64,000 nucleotides of DNA, taken from IMG/VR virus record IMGVR_UViG_2675903041_000001, positions 1,519 through 65,518 of that record; one strand, written 5' to 3'. Under the pieces are notes generated by a model. The model worked only from the letters and a program-made list of their open reading frames with translations. It was not told the origin of the DNA and searched no databases. Below, piece by piece: positions 18,334 to 29,157 of this stretch. The position numbers and the translations under genes were made by a program. Positions within the stretch are counted from its first letter, which is position 1. The number at the start of each line of letters is the position of its first letter. The stretch comes from a virus. Taxonomy: Duplodnaviria; Caudoviricetes.

Positions 18334-18720
18334 ATGCCAAACGATTGCTGGATATACGATGGCCCGCCAGATTATGTGAACGTCAAGTTACCGCCACTCC
18401 ATCCGTCGGAAGGCGGTGGATATATTTTGCTGTTCTGCCTGGATAACGGCACGATCCGGTTGTTTTCGAGCTGCAATCCGGGCAGCTGTGTTTCCAGTTG
18501 GAACTATACGGTTAGACGCTTCGGTCTACCGGGAACCACGAAGGTGTTGGTATCGAAGCCTTTCTTGCGCTATACGGCTGTCAGAAGACAACTGGGCGAG
18601 TCCTTGAAGCCATACAAGGACAAACAAACGGATGCCTACCGGATCGACGAGGACACACTTGCTCTCGAAGCGGGCAAGGTCTTCGCGGCGGTTGAAGCGC
18701 TGGCGGGAGAAAATGTCTGA
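18334..18720 (+). CDS. Hypothetical protein upstream of traD
   Basis: 128-aa ORF overlapping the traD start. Confidence 0.6.
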   Translation: MPNDCWIYDGPPDYVNVKLPPLHPSEGGGYILLFCLDNGTIRLFSSCNPGSCVSSWNYTVRRFGLPGTTKVLVSKPFLRYTAVRRQLGESLKPYKDKQTDAYRIDEDTLALEAGKVFAAVEALAGENV

Positions 18721-20512
18721 CGTTCACGATTTCGACAATCCCTGGCGCAAAATTCACGAGTGGCCGATGGCTTGCATATGGTTCGGGACCGCTGGCATGA
18801 CTTATCTCGTTGCCTACACGACGCCTGTACCAATCGGATTGGGCACTGCTCTGGCTGGTTTTTGCGCCGTTATCGGGCTCTATCGAGGTATTCAGGCAGG
18901 GAAAAGATACCGCGATATTCACCGCATCCATCTGTCCGAAAAACAGTTCATCACGATACCGAAAGTCATCAAGCTTGCCCAGCAGGCGATCAGGAAGCGC
19001 AGCCTATGGCTTGGCAGCGGCTTCCAGTGGTCGGATATCGAAGCAGGCAGAATGCATGCCCTGATTGGACGCGGCATTGCGAACCAGTTCGGCAAGGAGA
19101 TTCTGCACAAGGAAGGTGCCTACTGGCTGCATGGGTTGGCGCCAGAAAAACCATTACATGCGGATATCGAAAATCTTGTCGGCCACACGCTGATCGTCGG
19201 CACGACCAGGGTCGGCAAAACCAGGCTGCTCGATCTGCTCATCGCACAGGCAATCGTGCGCCAGGAGCCGGTCATCATCATCGATCCGAAGGGAGATCAC
19301 GGGCTTGCCGATAATGCGCGCCGAGTCTGCGAAGCGATCGGACAACCGGATCGTTTCGTGTTCTTTCACCCCGCCCATCCGGAACGCTCGGTCAGTATCG
19401 ATCCGCTACGCAACTGGAACAGAAAAACTGAACTGGCTAGCCGGATCGCGGCGCTCATTCCATCCGAGACCGGTGCCGATCCATTTACCGCTTTCGGTTG
19501 GAAGGTGCTGAACGACATCGTGAACGGGCTGATCGCAACCGGCACACGGCCTAATCTGGTGCAGTTACGAAAGTATATCGAGGGCGGGCCGGACGAGTTG
19601 CTGTTGCAGGCATTGCGCCAGCATTTCAAGCGCCACATCCCAGACTGGGAATCGAAAATCAACCGGTTCGTGAAGCAGTACAGGGGGAACCAACCACTCG
19701 CCTATACCAGCTTTTACAAGGAAGTCGTGAGCCATGAAGCACAATCGATCGATCTGGATGGCTTGATCTCGACTTTCGAGCACAATCGTGAACACTTCCA
19801 GAAAATGATCGCATCACTGATCCCGATCCTGTCCATGCTGACGAGCGATCCGCTCAAAGAACTACTGTCGCCAGATTTCCAGCCAGGACACGCGCGCAAC
19901 GTCACCGATGCCGCAAGAGCGATCAATGCGGACAGGGTATTGTATATCGGGCTGGACTCGCTTGCCGACGGCACAGTCGGAAGCGCCATCGGATCACTGC
20001 TGCTCGCCGATCTGACCGCTGTTGCGGGAGACCGCTACAACTATGGAATCGAATCGATGAAACCCGTCAATCTATTCATCGATGAAGCGGCCGAGGTCAT
20101 CAACCAACCGACGATCCAGCTGATGAACAAAGGTGGCGGAGCACGCTTCAGGGTGACGATCGCGACACAAACCTTCGCGGACTTCGCCTCGCGCCTGGGC
20201 GACGAAAACAAGGCTCGGCAAGTATTGGCCAACACCAACAACAAAATCGCGCTTCGGGTGCTCGATTCGGAAACCCAGCAATATATCGCAGATGGTATAC
20301 CCAAAATCAAGGCACGCACCATGTCGGTCATGTACGATCACGGCATCAATGCCGAGATGAACGATAACAATGCCGGATACCGCGAACAATCACGAGAGGA
20401 AGAAGCCGACCTGATCCCCCCTGCCCTGCTCAGTGAATTGCCGCCATTGCATTATTTTGCACGCTTGTCCGGCGGGAGGACGATCAAGGGGAGGATACCG
20501 ATTTTGAGGTAG
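18713..20512 (+). CDS. traD: Type IV coupling protein TraD (SXT/ICE type)
   Basis: N-terminal TMs, GTTRVGKT, IDPKGD, FIDEAAE, ATQT; ATG at 18713. Confidence 0.92.
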   Translation: MSDVHDFDNPWRKIHEWPMACIWFGTAGMTYLVAYTTPVPIGLGTALAGFCAVIGLYRGIQAGKRYRDIHRIHLSEKQFITIPKVIKLAQQAIRKRSLWLGSGFQWSDIEAGRMHALIGRGIANQFGKEILHKEGAYWLHGLAPEKPLHADIENLVGHTLIVGTTRVGKTRLLDLLIAQAIVRQEPVIIIDPKGDHGLADNARRVCEAIGQPDRFVFFHPAHPERSVSIDPLRNWNRKTELASRIAALIPSETGADPFTAFGWKVLNDIVNGLIATGTRPNLVQLRKYIEGGPDELLLQALRQHFKRHIPDWESKINRFVKQYRGNQPLAYTSFYKEVVSHEAQSIDLDGLISTFEHNREHFQKMIASLIPILSMLTSDPLKELLSPDFQPGHARNVTDAARAINADRVLYIGLDSLADGTVGSAIGSLLLADLTAVAGDRYNYGIESMKPVNLFIDEAAEVINQPTIQLMNKGGGARFRVTIATQTFADFASRLGDENKARQVLANTNNKIALRVLDSETQQYIADGIPKIKARTMSVMYDHGINAEMNDNNAGYREQSREEEADLIPPALLSELPPLHYFARLSGGRTIKGRIPILR

Positions 20513-20634
20513 TTTCCAGTGGATTGCTGGTGGCGACCCTGGGTATCAACTTGTATGTACCGTTTCATGCCAATCACGCTCTAGCTAGCGTCATAATATT
20601 TATATCACGCAGTGTCCGCATGATTCACCCTTTG

Positions 20635-20802
20635 CCCGTCTCATCGGAGCGCGCTACTGCACAGCCGTCATTATTGGATAGCACATCACTACCGGCTGAT
20701 TCTCCAGATTCGGATTAAAGGCGCGTTCCAGCTGATATAGAAGTTGTTGACGTTCACTAACTCGAACATTGGTTTGCTAATGGGAATGTCGCCTGCAGCC
20801 AT
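20635..20802 (-). pseudogene. umuC: umuC (DNA polymerase V) 5' remnant, frameshifted and truncated
   Basis: Across frames reads MFELVNVNNFYIS/ERAFNPNLENQPVV/LSNNDGCAVARSDE, the UmuC N-terminal signature, directly after umuD. Confidence 0.85.
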
Positions 20803-20803
20803 A

Positions 20804-21274
20804 TCACACGACAAAGCGAGCGACTGTTCCCACCACGACACCCCATACTTGTAATTCCTCGTGCTCCTGGAAACAAATGGGTGGATAAGCTGGATTCTCA
20901 GCGTGCAGTTCGATGATACCGTCACAAGCATATAGCCGCTTTACCGTATATTCGTTATTAATCACCGCGAGGACGATGTGTCCGTGCTTGGGTTCAACCG
21001 ACCGATCCACCACCAGCATATCGCCATCGTGAATATGTGCTCCTGTCATGGAATCACCAACCACATGAAAGAAGTACGTTGCGACTTTATTGCGTACCAG
21101 ATAATTATTGAGATCCAGCCCTTTTTCTACATATTCCTCTGCAGGAGAGGGAAATCCAGCGGAAATGCGATGCTGTAGCAACGGTAAGATACAAACAGCA
21201 GGATCAATTGCGGCTGGCTGCAGAAAAGGCAGCGTCGTTGTGCTAGAACGATCAAATGGTACGATGGTTGTCAT
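20804..21274 (-). CDS. umuD: UmuD/RumA S24 peptidase
   Basis: SAGFPSPA, VGDSM, TVKRL. Confidence 0.93.
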   Translation of the reverse strand: MTTIVPFDRSSTTTLPFLQPAAIDPAVCILPLLQHRISAGFPSPAEEYVEKGLDLNNYLVRNKVATYFFHVVGDSMTGAHIHDGDMLVVDRSVEPKHGHIVLAVINNEYTVKRLYACDGIIELHAENPAYPPICFQEHEELQVWGVVVGTVARFVV

Positions 21275-21344
21275 AGCGAATGCTTTAGGTCATGATGGGA
21301 ATTACAGTATAAAGCACTCATTTGGCGAATAACAATGTAACGAT

Positions 21345-22010
21345 ATGTGCGGACGATTTGCCTTAGCTTACCCTCGTTCCAAACTGATAGACTGGTACCA
21401 TGCAGCATCGATGCCAGACATCGAGCCGCGTTATAACATCGCGCCCACGAGCAATATTCTAGCGATTCGTGACAGTGGAAATGGCTTGGAAGGAACGATA
21501 ATGCGTTGGGGACTGATTCCCCATTGGGTCAAGGACACGAAGAAGCTGCCGCTGCTGTTCAATGCACGCGCAGAATCGCTAGCAACCAAACCCATGTTCA
21601 AACATGCCTTCAGAAGGCAACGCTGCCTCATCTCTGCTTCGGGCTTCTACGAGTGGAAACTGCAGACAGGCAGCAAAAGCAAACAGCCTTACTATATCTG
21701 CGCCAAAGACGGTCCACTCTCCTTCGCAGGATTATGGGAAACCGCGACAGTCGATGAAGTCACAATCAATAGCTGCACAATCATCACCACAGAAAGCAAT
21801 GCCTTGATGCGCCCCATTCATGACCGCATGCCTGTTATTCTTCCACCCAAGGTATGGGATGCCTGGCTGACGCCTGTCCAGCAACCCGACGACACGCTTT
21901 TATCCCTTCTACAACTTTCTGCCGAGCCAATGCAATTATGGCCAGTATCGCCTGCGGTGGGACGGACGAGTAATCAGGGAGAGCAGTTGATTCAACCGGT
22001 CAATGAATGA
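21345..22010 (+). CDS. SOS-response associated peptidase (SRAP/YedK, abasic-site shielding)
   Basis: MCGRF, YNIAPT, NARAE, GFYEW, HDRMP. Confidence 0.93.
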   Translation: MCGRFALAYPRSKLIDWYHAASMPDIEPRYNIAPTSNILAIRDSGNGLEGTIMRWGLIPHWVKDTKKLPLLFNARAESLATKPMFKHAFRRQRCLISASGFYEWKLQTGSKSKQPYYICAKDGPLSFAGLWETATVDEVTINSCTIITTESNALMRPIHDRMPVILPPKVWDAWLTPVQQPDDTLLSLLQLSAEPMQLWPVSPAVGRTSNQGEQLIQPVNE

Positions 22011-24214
22011 GTTCATCCTCTCACTCACCTCATGGCGCTGATAATCCGCTGGAAAAACTACAGGGATCGGTCGAGCGGGTTACCTTCCATAGCGAGTCAT
22101 CTGGTTTCTGTGTCTTGCGAGTCAAGGTCAAGGGCCATAGAGAACTCGTCACAGTGATTGGTTCAGCGGCTTCTGTCACGGCTGGTGAATATATCGAATG
22201 TTCAGGTTTCTGGGTCAATGACCGACAACATGGTCAGCAGTTTAAAACGGTTTCTATAAAAATCGTGCCGCCTACTACTTTGGAAGGGATCGAGAAGTAT
22301 TTGGGATCTGGCATGATCAAAGGCATTGGCCCCCATTTTGCCAAAAAACTCGTGAAAGCCTTCAGTGCTGATGTGTTTGATGTAATCGAACTCACACCGG
22401 AGCGGTTATTGACGCTACCTGGAATTGGCAAAAAACGGCTAGAACGTGTTACCAGTGCCTGGTCTGAACAAAAAGTGATCCGGGAAATCATGGTGTTCTT
22501 GCAGTCGCATGGCGTGAGCACCTCACGCTCTGTGCGTATCTACAAAGCCTATGGAGAACAGGCCATCGACAAGGTGAGGGAAAATCCCTACCGACTGGCT
22601 TTGGATATTCGCGGTATCGGTTTCAAGACGGCTGATACATTGGCACAGAAATTGGGAATCGCACCAGATTCTTTGATCCGCGCACAAGCTGGGGTACGCC
22701 ATGTTTTGCAGGAATGGTCAAACGACGGGCATTGTGCTGCAGTACGGGAGACATTGTGTACGATGGCGGTCAAATTACTGGAAATACCCGCACCCGTTAT
22801 TGATGAAGGGATAACTGCGGAGCTCAATGAAGGCAATCTGACAGCTGAAACCATCGATCAACACGAGACCGTCTTTCTTACTCCGCTTTATAGAGCGGAA
22901 GTAGGATGTGCCAATCATCTGCTTCGCCTCAATCAAGGTAAAGCCCCATGGGGAGCCATTGATGCTCAAAAGGCTATCCCGTGGGTCGAAGAACAAACCG
23001 GGCTAACTTTATCAACCTCCCAGCGTGCAGCAATAGAATTGGCGCTGCAGCATAAAGTGACGGTCATCACGGGTGGACCAGGTGTGGGCAAAACTACTTT
23101 GGTTAACAGTATTCTGAAAATTCTTACCGCCAAACATGTCAACATTGCCCTATGTGCGCCTACCGGCAGAGCAGCCAAGCGGCTTTCTGAATCCACAGGG
23201 TTAGAAGCCAAGACCGTCCATCGACTGCTGGAATTTGATCCTGCCATTTTTGCCTTCAAGCATAACGAAGAAATTCCTCTGGCATTGGATTGCCTGGTAA
23301 TCGATGAGTCATCCATGATGGATGTAACGTTGATGAATCAGTTGTTAAAGGCTGTTCCTTCCAATGCAGCATTATTGATTGTCGGTGATGTGGACCAACT
23401 GCCATCCGTTGGCCCCGGTGCAGTATTGGCAGATATTATCGACTCGGGGAAAATTGCAACAGTCAGGTTGACTGAGATTTTCCGGCAAGCGCTAACATCT
23501 AAAATCATCACTAATTCGCATCGGATTAACCAGGGTCATTTGCCACAATCCGATAGCTCTCAGGCATTGAGTGATTTTTATTGCATTTATGCAGAAACGC
23601 CAGAAGAGATTTTTACCAAATTGATACAGGTAGTGCTCGAACGGATACCGCAACGATTTAATCTTGACCCGGTGAGTGACATTCAAGTACTGACACCGAT
23701 GAACCGAGGAGGTCTAGGCGCACGTTCGCTTAACATTGAACTGCAGCAACGGTTAAATGGGTCGAGTGAGCCAAAGGTAACTCGCTACGGCTCAATTTAT
23801 GCGCCGGGAGACAAAGTCATTCAGCAGGTGAACAATTACGATAAAGAAGTATTTAACGGGGATATTGGTTCAGTTGTTTCTATCGATGTTGAAGAAAGCT
23901 TGTTACAGATCAAGTTTGATGATCGCACCGTGGATTATGAATTTAATGAGCTGGATGAAATTTCCCTGGCTTACGCTATCAGTATTCATAAGGCGCAAGG
24001 CTCCGAATATCCGGCGGTGGTTATTCCACTGGCGATGCAGCATTACATGCTTTTAGAGCGGAACTTACTCTATACAGGCGTCACCCGTGGCAAGCAGCTG
24101 GTTGTGATCATTGCACAATCCAAAGCATTGGCCATGGCGGTAAAGAGCCAACGCTCACAACGTCGGGTAACCAATTTGACCTCCCGACTTCAACAATTGG
24201 TTGAAAAAAATTGA
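22007..24214 (+). CDS. recD2: RecD2-family SF1B DNA helicase
   Basis: HhH N-terminus, [42 protein letters not shown]. Confidence 0.92.
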   Translation: MSSSSHSPHGADNPLEKLQGSVERVTFHSESSGFCVLRVKVKGHRELVTVIGSAASVTAGEYIECSGFWVNDRQHGQQFKTVSIKIVPPTTLEGIEKYLGSGMIKGIGPHFAKKLVKAFSADVFDVIELTPERLLTLPGIGKKRLERVTSAWSEQKVIREIMVFLQSHGVSTSRSVRIYKAYGEQAIDKVRENPYRLALDIRGIGFKTADTLAQKLGIAPDSLIRAQAGVRHVLQEWSNDGHCAAVRETLCTMAVKLLEIPAPVIDEGITAELNEGNLTAETIDQHETVFLTPLYRAEVGCANHLLRLNQGKAPWGAIDAQKAIPWVEEQTGLTLSTSQRAAIELALQHKVTVITGGPGVGKTTLVNSILKILTAKHVNIALCAPTGRAAKRLSESTGLEAKTVHRLLEFDPAIFAFKHNEEIPLALDCLVIDESSMMDVTLMNQLLKAVPSNAALLIVGDVDQLPSVGPGAVLADIIDSGKIATVRLTEIFRQALTSKIITNSHRINQGHLPQSDSSQALSDFYCIYAETPEEIFTKLIQVVLERIPQRFNLDPVSDIQVLTPMNRGGLGARSLNIELQQRLNGSSEPKVTRYGSIYAPGDKVIQQVNNYDKEVFNGDIGSVVSIDVEESLLQIKFDDRTVDYEFNELDEISLAYAISIHKAQGSEYPAVVIPLAMQHYMLLERNLLYTGVTRGKQLVVIIAQSKALAMAVKSQRSQRRVTNLTSRLQQLVEKN

Positions 24215-24471
24215 GGGCAACGATATATGCGGTGCAGGCAATCGACACTAAGTCTAGGTGCAGGTCGGTCCGTCCGCCGCCCGCAGGGGTTCCTGGGAGA
24301 GGTGCGCAAGCTGGCCCACGTCGCACACATAGCTGCCCACTGTGGTGCCGTTTTGGTGCAAGGGTGACTACTCCCATCCGGTTTTCTCGGGACACCCACT
24401 CTGGGAATCTTGGATCGTTTCTGCCGGTTTCCCCACCGCCGTTCACCACCGCTCGGTTTCTGGGGTGGTAC

Positions 24472-24573
24472 TCGGAATTAGCTCGGCAAAGCAAAAAGTA
24501 ACCGATTGTTTCAGATCAGAAAAGCCAGAAAACCGACCCATCAAATACAGCTCATTTTCGGAATTGGTTCGGC
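24472..24573 (+). repeat. Imperfect 16-bp direct repeat near att, candidate integrase arm sites
   Basis: TCGGAATTAGCTCGGC (24472-24487) and TCGGAATTGGTTCGGC (24558-24573). Confidence 0.35.
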
Positions 24574-24645
24574 TTACTCCAAGCACATCAACACCAGCTG
24601 AAAAACAGGTAAGGATTCTTCGGCTAGCTGTAGGCATCAACCACT

Positions 24646-24700
24646 GAGCGGCGGACTGTTAATCCGCAGGTCCCAGGTTCGAGCCCTGGTCGGGGAGCCA
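24646..24700 (+). repeat. att site: 3' 55 nt of tRNA-Asn(GTT)
   Basis: GAGCGGCGGACTGTTAATCCGCAGGTCCCAGGTTCGAGCCCTGGTCGGGGAGCCA has anticodon arm, T arm and CCA, but lacks the 5' acceptor strand and most of the D arm. Confidence 0.9.
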
Positions 24701-24806
24701 CGTATATGTAACTATTTGTCGAATCTCGACATTTCCGAACTTCTTCAGCGCGCGTGCTGGAGTGATCGCCGGACTCCGACTCTTGCTCTCGCTCAGTGTA
24801 AAACGT

Positions 24807-24847
24807 CATCTCATTTGATACTGATTTGCCATTTCATTTGATACTGA
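24807..24847 (+). repeat. Transposase-binding repeats, tail-side end
   Basis: CATCTCATTTGATACTGA (24807) and CATTTCATTTGATACTGA (24830). Confidence 0.8.
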
Positions 24848-24870
24848 ATTTAACGCATTTTTCCCCTCTC

Positions 24871-25686
24871 TCAAATCTCCTCCACGCCCAATTTTAGGGC
24901 GCTATAAATAGCACTTTCTAGCGATATCCCTCGCTGTCCTGTCAGGTATCCGTAGATCTGATAATCCATCTTTGTTGGCAAGTCGGATGTCTTTTCATAG
25001 GCGCTGATGAAGACCGGGGTATGCACGCTGTTGCGTCTGGCAATTGCTTGCACAATTGCGCGTTCGGCGGATGTGAGCAATGACAAATCCAGGGAGATGG
25101 TTTTTGATACCGGTCGTCTGTCGATGACAGTATCCCCTCCGTCTGTTCTATCAACTCTGGATTGATCCTTGAATCCGACTTCAGAGCCGAAGCTCATGCC
25201 TGAGTTTATTTGCGATGCCTGGCCGGCAACGAGTCGAGCCATTTCTATGAAGGCGTCCACCCCGGCCGGGTTTGTTACGATGATCTCCAGTTTGCGGACA
25301 GATGCCTGAGTAACAGGCAAGAAGAAGTAATTCCCGCCGCCGTATGCAAAGCTACTCATATTATTTGCGGCAAATCCTGCTGGGGGCGGATAGACAAAAT
25401 TGATTATCTGCACGCCGGAATCCACCACTGGGGAGCCATCAGCAGTATTCGTGAACAGCCGGGCGCGCACAGTGGAACCAACCAGAAAATTTGCAAAGGC
25501 AATGCCCACTGCATTAATCGTCTGCGGTGAAGGCCAGGTAGCCGTAATTGTCTGGCTGCTAATCGCAGTACTGCGCCAGCACGACGAGCGTTTGTCAGTC
25601 TTGAGATTCTCAACCGAAAACCCGCTGGCCGTGCTCGATGCTGTGAGTGATGCGTTTTTAACGGCATCCTCCGCGAGCATGCGCAT
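24871..25686 (-). CDS. Phage tail-tip associated protein (putative)
   Basis: Last gene of the late operon; beta-rich, discoidin-like N-terminus (NLKTDKRSSCWRST). Confidence 0.55.
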   Translation of the reverse strand: MRMLAEDAVKNASLTASSTASGFSVENLKTDKRSSCWRSTAISSQTITATWPSPQTINAVGIAFANFLVGSTVRARLFTNTADGSPVVDSGVQIINFVYPPPAGFAANNMSSFAYGGGNYFFLPVTQASVRKLEIIVTNPAGVDAFIEMARLVAGQASQINSGMSFGSEVGFKDQSRVDRTDGGDTVIDRRPVSKTISLDLSLLTSAERAIVQAIARRNSVHTPVFISAYEKTSDLPTKMDYQIYGYLTGQRGISLESAIYSALKLGVEEI

Positions 25687-25689
25687 GGA

Positions 25690-26013
25690 TCAGATGCCCT
25701 CGGTGCGTTTGCGCACAATGTCCGCCCTGATCTCATCGATATTTGCCCACAGCCTGGCTTCCAGCGCCGTCAATAAATCCTTGAGATCCTGATCGGCCAG
25801 TGCGCGGCGCAGGGCGTCGCCATTCAGTTGATAGGTTTCCGGATGCGAGCCAGGCACCTGCTCGAACAACCCGCCGCGATCCTCGCCCACTGCGACATTA
25901 ATATCAATCGCTTGGCCTGGGTAGTAGTTAATGCCAACTATTTTCTCCTTGGTCGCCAAGTGGAATTGACGCGGACGGATAAGTACATTCGGTGCTGGTT
26001 TGGTTTCTGCCAT
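25690..26013 (-). CDS. Hypothetical phage protein
   Basis: RBS AGGAG, in operon after the tail fibre. Confidence 0.65.
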   Translation of the reverse strand: MAETKPAPNVLIRPRQFHLATKEKIVGINYYPGQAIDINVAVGEDRGGLFEQVPGSHPETYQLNGDALRRALADQDLKDLLTALEARLWANIDEIRADIVRKRTEGI

Positions 26014-26026
26014 GTTATGTCTCCTG

Positions 26027-27685
26027 TTAGTTTAACGACGCCTCGACCGCGACCAGGCGCGCCGAGAGCTCTTGCACTGCATTGACCAGAGGGGCGATCA
26101 ATGACACATAATCGGTATTCTTTCTGCCATCCACGCCCTCCCAATAAAGGGCGTCATCCTGCCCCGGCAATAGCTGCTGGATGTCATCGGACAGGAATCC
26201 GTGATAACGCAGCGCTGGGTTACTGATCAATCGGTACACCTTTGGCGCCAGCTGGTTGATAAACGCCAGGCCGAGCGGTTCTGTCTCAATATCCTGTTTG
26301 AGCCTGCTATCTGACGTTGATTGAATGGTGATCGATGAACCGGACCCGGTTGAGGTTACGCCGGAAATGCCGGACACATAAATGTTAAAGTGGCTGCTGC
26401 CGACTGTCGCCGTCCCAGAATTGCTGCCGATTGTCCGGCAAAAGGATGTGGCGTGATAATTGTCCACGCGGTCTGCATTGAGATTGGTCACAATGCCTGT
26501 GTTTGTGATCTGCATCGAACCCTCGACACGGAGAGCAGTGCCACTGGTAGACCTTGCCATCACACCAAATCCGCCAGACGAATTGTTAACCCCCTCCACA
26601 CCACGCCCACCAGAATTGAGCGATGACCCGTATACCCCGGTAGACGAGCTGCCGCCATAGGCCCACCCCTCCACTGCACGGCCATTGCCGGTATGTGTCG
26701 CCAATATTCCCGCATTCAATAACGAATTCGATCGGCAGTACACACCTCCTCTATTACTCAGTCCGCCAGGATTAAACACGCCCGCATAATATTGCCCGTC
26801 TGCCAGACCCTGGCCACGGAAAACCCCCTGTCCCGTAATATCTATCCCAGCGCTGCCGGTGATGCTCCCCGCGTTAACCGTCCCCAAATTGGCCGAAATC
26901 GCGGACAGCGTTGTCACGTTTATTTTGTCGGATGTGATGCTGTTGGATGCAATCCTGGCTGCGGCCAGCGTACCGACTGTTATCTCGCTGGCGCTGATCG
27001 TGCCGCCCCGGCGCCATGTGCCGCCGATCCGGAACCACATGACATTGGTGCTGCTATTAAAATGCGCATCGCCATTCACACCCCCGCTGGGATTGCTGCT
27101 CGAAGTCGTAAAAAAATTGGTGGTTGCAGAGGCCGGCGGTTTGCTCCCGCCGATATTGCTGTAATCGAGATTGGTAATCTGTCCGCCACCCGCGCCGATC
27201 AGCTGTCCGGACGCGCTCAGCGACACATGCGCGCCCTCATAGGCGTCATTTTTGATCGTCCCAAGCGTGGTGCCGTCTACCGTCGAGCTGGCTGCGATGA
27301 TGCTGCCGGCCTGGATCGTCCCCTTGATAATGGCATCCTCGGCAGTCAGCAACCCAGTGCTGGCGTTGATCGTCACCTTGGTTACGCCGCCACTGTTTTT
27401 GCCGATAATCCCGCCCGCGCCGATAAACACGCCGCCCGAGCCGGTCCCGGTTTTGAACAGGTTGGAAGCGGTCATCACGATTGAGGTCGCGCTGTTGCTC
27501 AGGATCGCCTCGGTTTCATCTCCTCCGCCCGAGGCATAGGCGGCATTGATTACATCTTGGACAGGGATCCCGTTCAGGGTGCCGACGACATCCCCAGCCA
27601 CCCCGACATCGCTGGGCAACGTAACAGGCTCGGTCCTCGTGCCCGACATGATAAACAGATCACGATCGTTAACCGTCGTAGCCAT
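26027..27685 (-). CDS. Tail fibre/spike with C-terminal intramolecular chaperone (peptidase S74)
   Basis: Gly/Ser-rich beta repeats; SDSRLKQDI...GFLSDDI...DYVSLIAPLVNAVQEL. Confidence 0.85.
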   Translation of the reverse strand: MATTVNDRDLFIMSGTRTEPVTLPSDVGVAGDVVGTLNGIPVQDVINAAYASGGGDETEAILSNSATSIVMTASNLFKTGTGSGGVFIGAGGIIGKNSGGVTKVTINASTGLLTAEDAIIKGTIQAGSIIAASSTVDGTTLGTIKNDAYEGAHVSLSASGQLIGAGGGQITNLDYSNIGGSKPPASATTNFFTTSSSNPSGGVNGDAHFNSSTNVMWFRIGGTWRRGGTISASEITVGTLAAARIASNSITSDKINVTTLSAISANLGTVNAGSITGSAGIDITGQGVFRGQGLADGQYYAGVFNPGGLSNRGGVYCRSNSLLNAGILATHTGNGRAVEGWAYGGSSSTGVYGSSLNSGGRGVEGVNNSSGGFGVMARSTSGTALRVEGSMQITNTGIVTNLNADRVDNYHATSFCRTIGSNSGTATVGSSHFNIYVSGISGVTSTGSGSSITIQSTSDSRLKQDIETEPLGLAFINQLAPKVYRLISNPALRYHGFLSDDIQQLLPGQDDALYWEGVDGRKNTDYVSLIAPLVNAVQELSARLVAVEASLN

Positions 27686-29157
27686 TAGATCAGCACCTCA
27701 ACACTGACAGAACCCCGATCCCAATCGGGCAACAGCCCGACCACCATACCAGCTTTTCCGGCCGTCAACCCAAAGCGCGGGTATTTCAGAAGCACGCCTT
27801 GCCCCAGCTCCATCGGCAACAGCCGTGCGACAGCATCGAATGTCACGATGAAACGGGGCACCTTGAACAAATCCAGCAAGCGGCTGGCTTCTGCCAGTAC
27901 ATCCTGCTCCGTTAAAAAATAAGTATCCATTTGCTGGGGTTCGGCGTCGAGCCGGTAATTTGCCCGTGTCGTGGCATCGCTCGCCGTAACGGTCAACCAC
28001 TCCTTATCATAAAGATCCTTGTGCGCATTGGGGATGCGCGTATCCAGCGCATTCAGCACCGTCCAGTTTTTTGCAAACCCGAGCTTGAAGGCCGATTGCA
28101 CGGGTAGTTTGCGGATAATCCGCATCGAACCCACGAGCACATCACTTGCCGTGATCTCAAACAGATCACCCGGTGGCGGCAATTCGATCCTGACCAATCG
28201 CATCAACCCGGCCCGGCTCATGACCACCCTGGCCCCCACCGTCGCCGCGATCTCCCCGCACACCGCCAGCATATTCTCGCGGGCGGACAAATAAACGCCC
28301 AATGGCTGAGGGTGGGCCGCATCAAAGCCGGTCAGGTTAGCCGTGTCGAGGTCGCCGGCAGAAAACCGGTTCACCGTTTCCCCATAACCCGTCACCAGAC
28401 GCTCGATGATTTTCCGGGCCGTGTTGTTCCAGGTGGCTGACGGCTTGTCTCCCTGCACGCTGGCCGTGATCTTGCCGAATGGCTGCACCGACAGCGTGAA
28501 TTTGCCGGTTGCCAGCGCAGCCGTGGCAGCCACCGGCACGCCATTGTCGCGCACTTCGATCAATCTCTCGCTGGGGCCATCATGGAACTGATACTCCAGC
28601 GTAGCCGGATTGGCCAACAGCGGGCTGAGATTGTGGCACTCGCCAAACGATAGCGGAATCAACTGATTCTTGTTCTGAGTCGATCCGCCCAGCACGGCTT
28701 CCGAAACCGGCCCGTTCAGCCGCTGGAGCTTGTCGCGCAACTTGAGATTGAGCGCATCGCGTGCACGGCTGCCGATGTCCTCGACCACCCCCGAGAAAAT
28801 CACCTCGAAATCCGCCCGCGCCCAGCGCACATCCCCCAACAAGACCACAGCGGGCCGGTTGCTCCAAATGTCGTTCAGCCAGTCGTCCAACGCCCCGTCC
28901 TGGTTGGCAAGCTCGATATCGCCAAACGACAGCGAAGCGGATGTCTCCAGCACACTCAGCCGCTCAACCAGCCGCACAGACGACCCCACCACAATCGGGT
29001 TATAGACCGTATTGGCCGGCGCATCGGTGGCATTGGACCGGAATGGGCGGTTACTCAAATAGCGCACTGTCTCGACCCCGCCGACCCGCACCGCAACTTC
29101 GACCAGGATACAGCGCACCGCCGATGGATCTGACAGCCAATCAGTGAAGGCGCTCAT
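27685..29157 (-). CDS. Phage tail tip/hub protein
   Basis: Follows the tape measure gene; IPLSFGECHN, VRDNGVP motifs of siphophage tail proteins. Confidence 0.65.
   Translation of the reverse strand: MSAFTDWLSDPSAVRCILVEVAVRVGGVETVRYLSNRPFRSNATDAPANTVYNPIVVGSSVRLVERLSVLETSASLSFGDIELANQDGALDDWLNDIWSNRPAVVLLGDVRWARADFEVIFSGVVEDIGSRARDALNLKLRDKLQRLNGPVSEAVLGGSTQNKNQLIPLSFGECHNLSPLLANPATLEYQFHDGPSERLIEVRDNGVPVAATAALATGKFTLSVQPFGKITASVQGDKPSATWNNTARKIIERLVTGYGETVNRFSAGDLDTANLTGFDAAHPQPLGVYLSARENMLAVCGEIAATVGARVVMSRAGLMRLVRIELPPPGDLFEITASDVLVGSMRIIRKLPVQSAFKLGFAKNWTVLNALDTRIPNAHKDLYDKEWLTVTASDATTRANYRLDAEPQQMDTYFLTEQDVLAEASRLLDLFKVPRFIVTFDAVARLLPMELGQGVLLKYPRFGLTAGKAGMVVGLLPDWDRGSVSVEVLI

Larger units (their letters stand above)
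1..24700. mobile_element. Integrative conjugative element / genomic island (right part), F-type T4SS, integrated at tRNA-Asn
   Basis: tra cluster, traD, FlhCD-like activators and RepA, bounded on the right by a duplicated tRNA-Asn 3' fragment at 24646-24700. Left end and integrase are outside the window. Confidence 0.8.

Noticed and set aside
21285-21310. LexA box between umuD and SRAP
   Set aside because: Only one half-site (CTGT/ACAG) is present; the partner does not fit CTGT-N8-ACAG.
24215-24470. GC-rich non-coding stretch as ncRNA or oriT
   Set aside because: No convincing long stems, promoter or nic motif found by eye.
24624-24700. Functional tRNA-Asn gene
   Set aside because: The 5' acceptor strand and D arm are missing, so it is treated as an att duplication.
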